From: Bythopirellula goksoeyrii
Lineage (GTDB): Bacteria; Planctomycetota; Planctomycetia; Pirellulales; Lacipirellulaceae
Reading direction: 5' to 3'
NCBI RefSeq assembly: GCF_008065115.1
Contig: NZ_CP042913.1
Coordinates: forward strand, 4,783,257-4,847,256
Length of the DNA: 64,000 nt
The notes under the pieces are model-generated. The model was not told where the DNA came from and did not search any database. It saw only the letters and a program-made list of their open reading frames with translations. The position numbers and the translations under genes are program-made. Shown here piece by piece: positions 47,352 to 57,231 of this stretch; the stretch's first letter is position 1; each line of letters begins with the position of its first letter.

Positions 47352-47535
47352 AGTGCCGTTCTCAACAATGAAAGACAGAGAAGAACGTCCTTGATTTTAC
47401 TTTAATTGAGACGCAAGGGAACTGGTCAAGTCGTGGTGAACTGTGAAAGGAGCAATGTCCAAGCTTCAAACGCCAATGGACTCAAATTCATCAGCGTTGG
47501 TCATTGCTCATTGAACATTGGCCATTCACCCAAAG

Positions 47536-49632
47536 CTACTTCTTCGGCACCGGAGATCCACTCTGGTGGGATATTCTCTGAGAATCCTGCGGATGAAAAG
47601 AAATCGCCTGTCCCCCACCGGCTGCCAACCTTATCGGCAGAATGGTTTCAGAGGTCACTTTCTTTTGCTCGACAACGTAGTTCGTCGGCTTAGTTTTCCA
47701 ATCGGCGTCCTCTGCATCGCGGTAGATCGTTGCTAGATAGGTTCGATCGGCATCAAGAAAGGTAAGCGGAACTTCAAGAGTGCGCTGAACATCATCTGTA
47801 ATGGAACCCAGATACCAATCCTGACCATCGCGTCGCTTGCGCGCAATGGTGACATAGTCTCCGATTGAACCATTCAAGACACGGGTCTCTTCCCAATCCG
47901 TCGGTACGTCGACAATGAACTGGAAGGCATCCATGTGGGGTTCGTAGTTCTCTGGCAAATCGGCAACCATCTGCAGGGGACTATAGAGTACGACATAGAG
48001 TGCCAGTTGCTTGCAGAGGGTGCTGTTCACACGATTGTCGGGACGGTCCTCCTCAAAAAGCAAGTCAAAAATACCCGGAGTGTAATCCATGGGTCCTGAA
48101 AGCAATCGCGTGAAGGGCAGGATAGTCGTATGGTCTGGAGGATTCCCGCCGTCGGCGGCCCATGCATCATATTCCTGCCCTCGGGCACCTTCGCGGGTCA
48201 TCATATTGGGATAAGTGCGACGTAAGCCTGTGTCTTTGATCGGTTCGTGAACATCGACCATGAGATGATGCTTGGCAGCCTCCTCAACGACTCTTTGATA
48301 ATGTTCCACCATGAACTGGCCGTGGTGCCACTCACGACACTCTTCGCCATTTTCGTCCAATCGTTTAATGTTCTGCCCATAATTCACGTAACCTGTCTTC
48401 ACGCCTCCGTATCCGAATCGCTGGTAGAGATCCATGGCGTCTTTCATTTGATCCTCATAATTGAGAACTGCGCCCGCTGTTTCATGGTGGCCTATGAGAG
48501 ACACCTTTTTTTCTTTGGCATAGTTAGCTAGTGCTTCCATATCAAAATCGGGATAGGCTTCGGTAAAACTGAAACCATCTCCATTGGCAATCCAATCACC
48601 ATCCCAACCTTGGTTCCAACCTTCGACCAACACGCCACCAAAGCCATACTTCGAAGCAAAATCGATGAATCGCCTGACATTCTCCGTCGTCGCTCCATGC
48701 AATTCACCGGATCCCCAGGTAGAACGCCCTAGATGCATTTCCCACCAGATACCGACATACTTACACGGCTTGATCCAACTCGTGTCCTTGATCTTTGAAG
48801 GTTCATTCAGATTCAGAATTAAGTACGAGGCAATCAAATCGCCAGCGCTGTCGGCAACCTGAATCGTGCGCCAAGGGGAATGATGCGGTAGATCGGCTTT
48901 GACCTTAATCCCATCGGACCACGGGACGAGATCGGCCTTGAGAGAGTGTTCCCCTTCACGAGCAAGCGTCATGCTGGCAAAACCGACCAGAGCCGCCTCA
49001 TGGATGCTCAGGTAAACTCCATCTGGCGTAGACAACGCGAGGGGAGTCTGAACTTTTTCGAGCTTGCTCACGGGGTTGTTCTGATACAAGTATTCGTATC
49101 GATCATTGCCAAAGGCAGGGATCCACCAGGCAGAACAATCATCGACCAGATTGAATTCCGTTAATTCATCTAAAATGACTAACGACGATAGCTGGGGCTG
49201 CTCAGGCCATTCGTAGCGAAAGCCCACACCGTCGTCGAAGACGCGAAATACTATTTTCATTTCTCGCGCAGGTGAGTCTTGTTGCCGCAGATTGATGCGA
49301 AGCTCGTTATAGGAATTGAGAATCTCTTTCTGTTCCCCCCAGGGTTGGGTCCAGGTCGCGTGATGAGAAGCTGTATCCGTTGAGACGATCTCAAGACCTT
49401 TGTCCAGCTCTACGCCATCGGCCAGAGAGACTCCCAGCTTTGACGCATCAATCAGTTTCTTGCCTTGATATTCAACGCTGTAAGTTGGTATTCCACCTTG
49501 CAAGTCAAATACAACCTCCAGAGTGCCTCGCGGAGACGCGACTCGAATCTCTTCGGCCACAGAGAAAGTTGAAGAAGTAAAAGCGATCAGAGTAGAAAAC
49601 AAATAGTAAAAGATCTTTGAACGTTTCTTCAT
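47536..49632 (-). CDS. Glycoside hydrolase family 97 protein (alpha-glucosidase/alpha-galactosidase-like), secreted
   Basis: Signal peptide. GH97 N-domain-like 'RGTLEVVFDLQGGIPTYSVEYQGKKLIDASKLGV'. Catalytic-region motifs 'GVKTGYVNY' and 'MMTREGARGQEY'. ~700 aa. Confidence 0.65.
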   Translation of the reverse strand: MKKRSKIFYYLFSTLIAFTSSTFSVAEEIRVASPRGTLEVVFDLQGGIPTYSVEYQGKKLIDASKLGVSLADGVELDKGLEIVSTDTASHHATWTQPWGEQKEILNSYNELRINLRQQDSPAREMKIVFRVFDDGVGFRYEWPEQPQLSSLVILDELTEFNLVDDCSAWWIPAFGNDRYEYLYQNNPVSKLEKVQTPLALSTPDGVYLSIHEAALVGFASMTLAREGEHSLKADLVPWSDGIKVKADLPHHSPWRTIQVADSAGDLIASYLILNLNEPSKIKDTSWIKPCKYVGIWWEMHLGRSTWGSGELHGATTENVRRFIDFASKYGFGGVLVEGWNQGWDGDWIANGDGFSFTEAYPDFDMEALANYAKEKKVSLIGHHETAGAVLNYEDQMKDAMDLYQRFGYGGVKTGYVNYGQNIKRLDENGEECREWHHGQFMVEHYQRVVEEAAKHHLMVDVHEPIKDTGLRRTYPNMMTREGARGQEYDAWAADGGNPPDHTTILPFTRLLSGPMDYTPGIFDLLFEEDRPDNRVNSTLCKQLALYVVLYSPLQMVADLPENYEPHMDAFQFIVDVPTDWEETRVLNGSIGDYVTIARKRRDGQDWYLGSITDDVQRTLEVPLTFLDADRTYLATIYRDAEDADWKTKPTNYVVEQKKVTSETILPIRLAAGGGQAISFHPQDSQRISHQSGSPVPKK

Positions 49633-49681
49633 TGAGTTAGTGTCTGAGGGAGTAAGGGGAGTTGGTATTGAATCCGGGAGA

Positions 49682-50771
49682 CTATTCTTGTATCGCCAAC
49701 CGAGATGAGCTCTTGCGGATTGGCCTTCCGGTGGATTCCCCTTCGAAAAGGGCCGGTTCGTTTGGCTCCAGCAAGAGCGATCCCTGGTAAGACTTGGAGC
49801 TGAGCATCCAATCAGCGCATTTTTCCAGAACGTTCGCCAAATCAGGCAACTTGAGTCCCGTAATTGAGGGGCAAAAGAACTCTGCTGGTGGCTCTATGTT
49901 GACCGCACAGACCGACAAATCCTTACCGACGCGAATGTCTCGTTCCCAGCATGCTCGCATCATACCAATCGCGGCAGGACACGTCGTACTGATCATCGCC
50001 GTGGAAGAAATCTTATGCTCGTCAATAAGACGAGCCGTCAAGTTGTAGGAAACAATGGTTGGGTCGGTGAATTCAGGAGCCGGCTTGTCCCACAGTTGCC
50101 CTTGAACATTACGTTTCGCGAGCCAACGCTCCCAAATATCTATCCGGCGTTCAATCTCGGGGTTTCGATTCTGAGTATTGACACAGTCAATTTTTCGGTG
50201 GCCGAGGCGATAGAGATGCTCCAGCACTTCTTCGACACAGGAGTCGGAGAATAGCCGAATCGACGGCAAACCCTTAGTGGAGAAATCTCCGTCGAGTATC
50301 ACCACCTTGTTTTCCCGATAGACGTCTGCAAGTCGGGAGGGCATTCCAGATCCATGTGGAATGACAAAGGTCCCACGTGCTTGTTCGGCAGCTTCGAGAA
50401 CCGTCCTCTCATCCCAATGGACGAATTGCACAGGTCGTAAACGAAACCCCCGCTTCTCGGCGAAGTCAGAAACTAGCCCGCGCAACTGCGTGAGATAGGT
50501 AGAAGGGTAGGCAGGATACAGCAACACGACCTCAGCCGGCTTGGCGCGCTTCACATACGAAGGATGGATACCAAGGCTCCCTGACGTATCGCGGATGAGC
50601 ACTTTGTCATCGATCAACTTCAATACCGCCCGCCGGGCCGTCATATAACTGACTCCCGTTTCTTCAGCGATCTTGCGTTCACCAGGAATACTGTCAAGTA
50701 AATAGTCACCTTCGCGAATTCTGCGCTCGATGACCGTCATGACTTCGGTGAATTTGGGTTGTGACGGCATT
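49682..50771 (-). CDS. GntR-family transcriptional regulator with a C-terminal periplasmic-binding-protein-like (sugar-binding) domain
   Basis: 'LDSIPGERKIAEETGVSYMTARRAVLKL' winged-HTH. C-terminal LacI/PBP-like domain. Start set at 'MPSQPKF' (ATG at 50771). Confidence 0.75.
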
Positions 50772-51265
50772 GTGCGTACTGATGTAACAAGGATTCCAAG
50801 TAGTGGTCCACAAACAATCGAGTGGCCCCACGAGTTAAAGTGCTCAGGCCTCGAATACATGCTTATTTCGACGAGAGGGCCCAAGATTCAAAAAAACCGA
50901 CTTTTTTTGTTGACAAGCTCTAGAACCTAATATAGCATAAATGCTACAAGGTGCAAGAATGCTATAACATGAATTTTGCTTTTCCTCAGCATTTTTGTGC
51001 TTTGTACGATCGAGGCCTTTTCGGAGACACTTGTTACTTGTCACAGCAGCCAATCGCGAAAGCTTACACTGACACATCGTTTCAATGAGATTTGGCAGCG
51101 CAAGCGGCAATGAGCTACTCAAACACCGCTGACAGCGACTGTATTTCCTATTCGGCCTATTTAGAATCCCCACCGAGTGCGGAACGGTTGGAGAACGAGG
51201 AGAAGTTTCCGCTTTCACAGTAACCTGATTTCTTTTGTTTCTTAGTTTTTTGGAGGGTAGTTCTC

Positions 51266-52015
51266 ATGAAAGTGAATTTGAACCTTGGCCGACTCGCTCT
51301 GATGTTGGCAGCAACGGTGATGGGGCTGGCGATTAGTGCCTCTATCAATGCCCAGACGGTTTTGATCGATCTAGGTAACGATCAGGGATATCGAAGCGTA
51401 GATGTGCCCAATCCTGATGTGAACGGAAATTATTGGAATAGCGTTTGGTCCGGCGCCTATTACGCAAATCTTACCGATATCAATGGCAACCCGTCTGGAG
51501 TTGCCTTTGGTTTCAGTTCAGCGGCTGGAAATGATAGCTATAATGGCCCGGCCGGAGCTACTGATGTGAATGGCCCTGGCGACTCGGTTTACAACGCTGC
51601 GGCGCTCGGTAATTTGGGTGTCCAAAACGCTGTATACGATTATTACGTTTCGTCTACTTTTCAGATTCAGCTATTAGACCCCTTGAAGTCCTACGATCTG
51701 ACTTTCTATGGTTCGCATAAGTACAATGCTGATAATACGACACGTTACACCATTTACGATGATGGGACTTTCAGCAACCCAGTCACATCGGCTGATTTGA
51801 TCGTGGGCGTGAATGACGCCCATAACCAGGATACAACCGTCACGATCAGTGGAGTTTCTCCGCAACCGGACGGCATCATTTATGTCGGATTCGCCGCAGC
51901 AGGAGGGGGTGACGGTTATCTGAATGCTTTGCAGATCAACGCCATACCGGAACCCAGTTCGCTGTTGCTCATGGCGAGCGCTGCTGGTTTGAGCTTAATC
52001 CGACGTTGTCGTTAG
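51266..52015 (+). CDS. PEP-CTERM sorting-domain protein (family N-domain only)
   Basis: Signal peptide. Shared N-domain 'AQTVLIDLGNDQGYRSVDVPNPDVNGNYWNS...'. C-terminal 'IPEPSSLLLMASAAGLSLIRRCR' (PEP motif, TM, basic tail). Confidence 0.8.
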   Translation: MKVNLNLGRLALMLAATVMGLAISASINAQTVLIDLGNDQGYRSVDVPNPDVNGNYWNSVWSGAYYANLTDINGNPSGVAFGFSSAAGNDSYNGPAGATDVNGPGDSVYNAAALGNLGVQNAVYDYYVSSTFQIQLLDPLKSYDLTFYGSHKYNADNTTRYTIYDDGTFSNPVTSADLIVGVNDAHNQDTTVTISGVSPQPDGIIYVGFAAAGGGDGYLNALQINAIPEPSSLLLMASAAGLSLIRRCR

Positions 52016-52109
52016 GATTTATCATTGACTACTTAGGATTAAGACTAGGTTTATGAAACCGCAACAGCCTGCTTTTGGCTGGCTGTTGCGGGTTCTCTCA
52101 TAGAAAGAG

Positions 52110-53111
52110 GTGATTCAAGTGAAAGCCCTACTCAGTGGAAAACTGCTTGCCGGATTCGCAACAGCACTATTGCTGACAGCGGGGCTCGCGGTCTCGGCTC
52201 ATGCCCAAACGGTACTTATTGACTTTGGTAACAATGTGACTTCCTACCGTGGTCTGCCAATCGCTAATCCAGATGCCAACGGATATAATTGGAACAGTCT
52301 CCAGCCAGGATTATTCTATACAGATCTTGTCGATAGCGATAACAACGCGACGACTATCGACTTTGGATTCAGTACCCCCGTCGGGACCGACAGCTACAAT
52401 GGCCCCGCCGGAGCGACTTCCGCTGGTACCATACTAAGCGATGTGACTTTTGCGGACGTCGATGCGACCTCTTTGGGCATCTTGGGGGGAGCCTGCGACG
52501 CGGACACGGGGACTGGAACATGTGAAGGGGTGTTTGACTTTGCAGCCACCGATCCAGGTGCTCCAGTTCGATTCGAGATTCAAGAGTTGGATCTGACAAA
52601 AACTTATGACTTGACCTTTTTCGGTTCGCACAAATACAGCGTGGGGAATACGACCACCTACAATGTTTACACAGATGACACATACACCACTTTGGTAGAT
52701 TCTGCGAGTCTCCAACATCAAGACTCAAGTGATCCTTCTATGCACAACCGAGACATGGTGGCTACCATCAGTGGCGTATCACCGTCGGCCACTAGTATTC
52801 TCTATCTGGAATTTGTTGGTGATTCATCGGTCACAGGCTCTCAGGGCTATTTGAACGTGATGCAACTCGAAGGTATGGCTTCGTCTCTAGCCGGCGATTT
52901 CGATGAAGATGGAGACGTGGACGGCAACGACTTTTTGGTCTGGCAACGGGATCTTAATGTGGGGAGTCTTACCGAGTGGCAGGACAATTACGGAGCTCCA
53001 GCATTGGTTGCAGCCCTAGGTGCAGTACCTGAACCCAACACTTTCTGCCTGCTCTTACTAACTAGTCTTGGTACCATCAGTTTTCGTAGAACCACCGAAT
53101 CGAGAATTTGA
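52110..53111 (+). CDS. PEP-CTERM protein paralog with dockerin-like Ca-binding repeats
   Basis: N-domain paralogous to 51266..52015. 'DFDEDGDVDGNDFLVWQRDL' dockerin-type repeat. 'VPEPNTFCLLLLTSLGTISFRR' PEP-CTERM. Confidence 0.8.
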   Translation: MIQVKALLSGKLLAGFATALLLTAGLAVSAHAQTVLIDFGNNVTSYRGLPIANPDANGYNWNSLQPGLFYTDLVDSDNNATTIDFGFSTPVGTDSYNGPAGATSAGTILSDVTFADVDATSLGILGGACDADTGTGTCEGVFDFAATDPGAPVRFEIQELDLTKTYDLTFFGSHKYSVGNTTTYNVYTDDTYTTLVDSASLQHQDSSDPSMHNRDMVATISGVSPSATSILYLEFVGDSSVTGSQGYLNVMQLEGMASSLAGDFDEDGDVDGNDFLVWQRDLNVGSLTEWQDNYGAPALVAALGAVPEPNTFCLLLLTSLGTISFRRTTESRI

Positions 53112-53189
53112 TGGGGCAGCACTGCACGCCGTCGGGGTTTACGGCGGCGTGCGGTTATTAGTCTCAGCTTCTCATCTGAGCCAAACCGT

Positions 53190-54317
53190 ATGGAGAATAT
53201 CTTGAACTCACAAAGACTCCCCACAAACTCTCTGAATACTCAGAAACTACTACGCTACCGATCAGTGTCTCTTACGAACAAAGGTTTTACACTGGTAGAA
53301 CTTTTGGTCGTAATTGCCATCATTGGGGTGTTAGTAGCTTTACTGCTACCAGCCGTGCAAGCTGCGCGCGAGGCAGCGCGACGGATTAGTTGCAGTAACA
53401 ATCTGAAAAACATTGGGCTGGCGGTTCTCAATCACCACGATGTCCATGGGCACTTTCCTGTCAATTATGGAGGTGCATGGCCCGAATTTCCTAACACAAA
53501 CGCACCCCATCCGGCAGTGGGTTGGGTCGTCGAAATCCTGCCTCAGCTCGAACAAGGACCACTCTATGAGCGTTTTAAGCAGGGTGGGGCCTACGAAGGT
53601 TCATTTCGCGAGGGCTTAACTCCCAATAGAAAGCGACCAGACCTTGGCATTTATTCCACGAAGAATGGAATATCGGTTCCCGAGTTGATGCAAACGGCCC
53701 TACCAATTTTGGCCTGTCCCTCAGATGGAGGCAGTGAAAGAATTCGCGATGATCAATTCCAATGGACTGGCACTCCGGTTTCAGTCACTAATTACAAAGG
53801 TGTCCTTGGCGACACTTTTTTGGGCATTACTTATGGTTCAAATTTCTCAAATGATGCCTCAAACTACCCCAGCGGAAATTATGATGGTGAAGAATCTTCA
53901 ACGGGATTCCAAATAGACCAGAGAGACTGTCATGGTGATACTCGTTGTCGTGGTATCTTCTTCAGAAACTCCTTTGCAAGACCTGTGAAAATCAAGGATG
54001 TGACCGACGGCACGAGCAACACATTTTTGGTGGGTGAAGACTTACCAGATTACAATCTTCATTCGGTAGCCTTTTATGCCAATGGGAGCTGGAGCAGTTG
54101 CAATATCGTTCCTAATTACCGGATTGGTGAAGAACTTGCCCCGATAGAACTGGATGCGTGGTGGGAACTACAAGGTTTTCGGAGCCGTCATCCTGGAGGA
54201 TTACAGTTTGTACTCGTCGATGGATCGGTGAGATTTATTTCTGAAGGCACGAATTTTGAACTCTATCGCACAAGTTGTACGCGCAATGGCGGTGAAAGTA
54301 TTGGGTCGGGACTCTGA
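53190..54317 (+). CDS. DUF1559 protein with prepilin-type N-terminal cleavage/methylation domain (type II secretion pseudopilin-like)
   Basis: 'KGFTLVELLVVIAIIGVLVALLLPAVQAAREAARRISCSNNLKNIGLAVLNHHDVHGHFP' is the canonical N-methylation helix plus the DUF1559 start. Confidence 0.85.
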   Translation: MENILNSQRLPTNSLNTQKLLRYRSVSLTNKGFTLVELLVVIAIIGVLVALLLPAVQAAREAARRISCSNNLKNIGLAVLNHHDVHGHFPVNYGGAWPEFPNTNAPHPAVGWVVEILPQLEQGPLYERFKQGGAYEGSFREGLTPNRKRPDLGIYSTKNGISVPELMQTALPILACPSDGGSERIRDDQFQWTGTPVSVTNYKGVLGDTFLGITYGSNFSNDASNYPSGNYDGEESSTGFQIDQRDCHGDTRCRGIFFRNSFARPVKIKDVTDGTSNTFLVGEDLPDYNLHSVAFYANGSWSSCNIVPNYRIGEELAPIELDAWWELQGFRSRHPGGLQFVLVDGSVRFISEGTNFELYRTSCTRNGGESIGSGL

Positions 54318-54458
54318 GAGGTTCTTTAGAATTGACCAACTGTCGACAAGGTCCAAATTCCAGTGGATAATTGTTAGGGTGGTTTCATTCGTTGGTTGGT
54401 TTCGATGAAAAGAACAATTAACTTGGAGCGGTCGCTCTAGCAGTTTGTTTTCCAGGAG

Positions 54459-54974
54459 TTGTTTGGCATGCAGAAGAGGTCGGGGATAACAGCAACTAAA
54501 TCTGCTCAGAAATCGTCTTACCAAACGGCAAGGCAGAGAGTCGCATCAGGATTGATTCTCTTCGGCTGCCTGCTCATGAGCGGTTGTGGAAATAATCTCT
54601 CCCAGGTAACGGGTGTCGTGACACTGGATGGAGAACCTCTTAAAGGAGGGGATGGTATTCATGCCACGGTCTTTTTTCAGCCCGTTTCGAATACAGGGGC
54701 AGCTGCCGTAGGAGTTGTCGACGAAAATGGCGTCTACAAACTTTCCACGGGTTCACAGAGTGGAATCACTCCCGGTGAGTATCTTGTCACCTACTCCGCC
54801 TCTCAAATCATCCCTTCCAAAACGGGAGGTACTCCCTCTGGTAAACGTATCAGCGATCCGAAGTATTCCAGCACAAAAACGTCCGGCTTGCGCTTCGAGG
54901 TGCAAGAAGGAGAGAACGAATACGACATCAGCATAGAATCTCCTCCCAAATCAGCGTCCCGTGGACGCCGCTAA
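54459..54974 (+). CDS. Small lipoprotein (carboxypeptidase-regulatory-like beta-sandwich?), partner of the DUF1559 gene
   Basis: Lipobox 'LFGCLLMSGC'. 'VTGVVTLDGEPLKGG...GEYLVTYS' beta-rich. Confidence 0.5.
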   Translation: MFGMQKRSGITATKSAQKSSYQTARQRVASGLILFGCLLMSGCGNNLSQVTGVVTLDGEPLKGGDGIHATVFFQPVSNTGAAAVGVVDENGVYKLSTGSQSGITPGEYLVTYSASQIIPSKTGGTPSGKRISDPKYSSTKTSGLRFEVQEGENEYDISIESPPKSASRGRR

Positions 54975-55014
54975 ATACAACTGAAGACCCAAGACACGCA
55001 AAGCGATTGGCCTC

Positions 55015-57114
55015 TTGATGAAAATCTCTTCTGGATTCAAACTCTTCTGGCAAGTGCTGCCAGCAATTCTTCTACTAGTGGGTAGTCTTGAGGCTGCAAA
55101 CGCACAAACGATTCTCATCGATTTTGGCAACGAAGACAGTTATCGTGGAGCCACTGTCACGAACCCTGACGTGAATGGGAACCATTGGAACAGTGTTCGT
55201 TCTCAAGATTTCTATCCGAACCTGCTGGACATGGCCGGCAATGCAACGACAGTTGATTTCGGCTTCACTACTGCGGCTGGAACCGACAGCTACAATGGTC
55301 CCGCTGGCCCTACAGATATCAATGGACCTAGCGATTCGGTGTACAACGCGGCTGCACTTGGTAACTTGGGCGTTCAAAACGCTGTTTACGATTATTATGT
55401 TTCCTCTCAATTCCAGATTCAGCAGCTGGACCCACTGAAGACTTATGATCTTACTTTCTTCGGCTCGCATAAGTACAACAACGACGACACCACCAAGTAC
55501 ACCATTTATACGGATGATACTTTCACCACTCCCCTTTCGACTGCCAACTTGTTTGTCGGTTCAGGTTCAACTCACAATCAAGCGAATGTTGTGACCATCC
55601 AAGGAGTTGCACCTCAAGCAAACAACACACTTTATGTTGGATTCGAGGGTGCCAATGGCGGCAACGGGTATCTCAACGCTCTCCAAATTGCCGACGCTGC
55701 TAGTGATCCCCCTGATCCAGACCCAGATCCTGCTGGCAAGCCCAAACTCTACATGCACTACATGCCTTGGCACGACACCCCAGCAAGCTTGGGTGGGAGC
55801 AACGGAAGTAGTTGGAATGGGCATTGGAATGGCTTTGGTGCCACCAATCCCAATAACATCGATGCCGATGGAAGAAGAGAAATCGCCTCGAACTACTATC
55901 CAAAGATTGGGCCGTATCAATCGAGTGATCCCGATGTACTCGAATACCACATGCTATTGATGAAAATGGCTGGGGTCGAAGGAATTCTGATCGACTGGTA
56001 CGGCGTTCAGGGTACGAATGGCGATATTACGAAGCTGCTCAACAACTCGAATGCAATTGTGGCTAAGACAGACGACTTTAGCATGGAATTTGGCGTCGTT
56101 CTGGAAGATCGATTTGCTGCCAATACGGGGCAAGTAGCGACGAATATGGCCTATCTTCGCGATAACTATTTCAACAAGCCCGAGTATATCCGCATCGGAG
56201 ACGGCGATGACCCTTTGGTCGCGGTCTTTGGTCCGATTACCCAGCAGCAACCCTCCGACTGGACCACGATCTTAGCCCAAGCGGGAGAGGACGTTGAACT
56301 GCTTCCTTTGTGGTATGAGAAGAATGATGCCGGCGCGAATGCCACAGGAGAATATGCTTGGATTTACGAAGATGAAGCTCGCGATGACTATTTGACTCGC
56401 CTTGAAGAATTCTACCAGAACCGTGCACCCACGTTAGGAACCGTAGGTGGTGTCGCCTACCCTGGCTTCGAATCTTTCGGCGGATTCTCATTCGAGATCC
56501 CCCACGACAACGGTCAAACTCTGGCAAACACGCTCGCCCTGGCTGACGAGTACAGTAACAACCTAGATTTCATCCAACTTGCAACGTTCAATGACTTTGG
56601 CGAAGGAACGATCTTCGAGCCCACCGTCGAGACTGGTTTTGCCTACCTCATGCAACTCCAGCAGTTCACCGAGGTGCCCTATGGCGAGGCCGAATTGCAA
56701 ATGGTGTTCGACCTCTACAGGGCACGAAAAGAATTCAGCGGGGATGGAACAATCCAGGCGCAGTTGGATCAGGCGTCGGCACATCTCAACGCATTCGAAA
56801 TTGACGATGCTCTGGCGATTATCCAGTCCATTTTGCCTCCCGGAGATTTCGACGGGGATGGGGACGCCGATGGTGCTGATTTCTTGCTCTGGCAAAGGCA
56901 AAATGGCAAGACAGGACTCTATCCACTCAATACGCTCGAAGCCGATGGCAATGCCGATGGTGTGGTGGATGGCAAGGATCTTCTCTTGTGGCAGCAGCAC
57001 TCTAACGCAGCCACGATAGTCTCGCCATTAAGCGAGAGTTTGGCAGTCCCTGAACCCTCAGCGGCTGCGATCTTGTTGCCACTTGGTTTGGGAATCTTGC
57101 TCAGGTTGTTTTAG
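55015..57114 (+). CDS. Modular PEP-CTERM protein: family N-domain, Pro/Asp linker, ~380-aa glycoside-hydrolase-like TIM-barrel domain, two dockerin-like repeats, PEP-CTERM
   Basis: N-domain ~70% identical to 51266..52015. Linker 'DPPDPDPDPAGKPK'. Central domain with 'ILIDWYGVQG' and 'ATFNDFGEGT'. 'DFDGDGDADGADFLLWQ' and 'DGNADGVVDGKDLLLWQ'. C-terminal 'VPEPSAAAILLPLGLGILLRLF'. Confidence 0.75.
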   Translation: MMKISSGFKLFWQVLPAILLLVGSLEAANAQTILIDFGNEDSYRGATVTNPDVNGNHWNSVRSQDFYPNLLDMAGNATTVDFGFTTAAGTDSYNGPAGPTDINGPSDSVYNAAALGNLGVQNAVYDYYVSSQFQIQQLDPLKTYDLTFFGSHKYNNDDTTKYTIYTDDTFTTPLSTANLFVGSGSTHNQANVVTIQGVAPQANNTLYVGFEGANGGNGYLNALQIADAASDPPDPDPDPAGKPKLYMHYMPWHDTPASLGGSNGSSWNGHWNGFGATNPNNIDADGRREIASNYYPKIGPYQSSDPDVLEYHMLLMKMAGVEGILIDWYGVQGTNGDITKLLNNSNAIVAKTDDFSMEFGVVLEDRFAANTGQVATNMAYLRDNYFNKPEYIRIGDGDDPLVAVFGPITQQQPSDWTTILAQAGEDVELLPLWYEKNDAGANATGEYAWIYEDEARDDYLTRLEEFYQNRAPTLGTVGGVAYPGFESFGGFSFEIPHDNGQTLANTLALADEYSNNLDFIQLATFNDFGEGTIFEPTVETGFAYLMQLQQFTEVPYGEAELQMVFDLYRARKEFSGDGTIQAQLDQASAHLNAFEIDDALAIIQSILPPGDFDGDGDADGADFLLWQRQNGKTGLYPLNTLEADGNADGVVDGKDLLLWQQHSNAATIVSPLSESLAVPEPSAAAILLPLGLGILLRLF

Positions 57115-57231
57115 GTAAAGTCGTAGGCCGGAACGAGCAACGCGAGTTCCGGCAATGCGACTGAACTTGTCTAGCATACTTTAAGAATCGCCGGAACTGC
57201 GCACGGCTTGTTCACGGCCTACAGAGAAATC

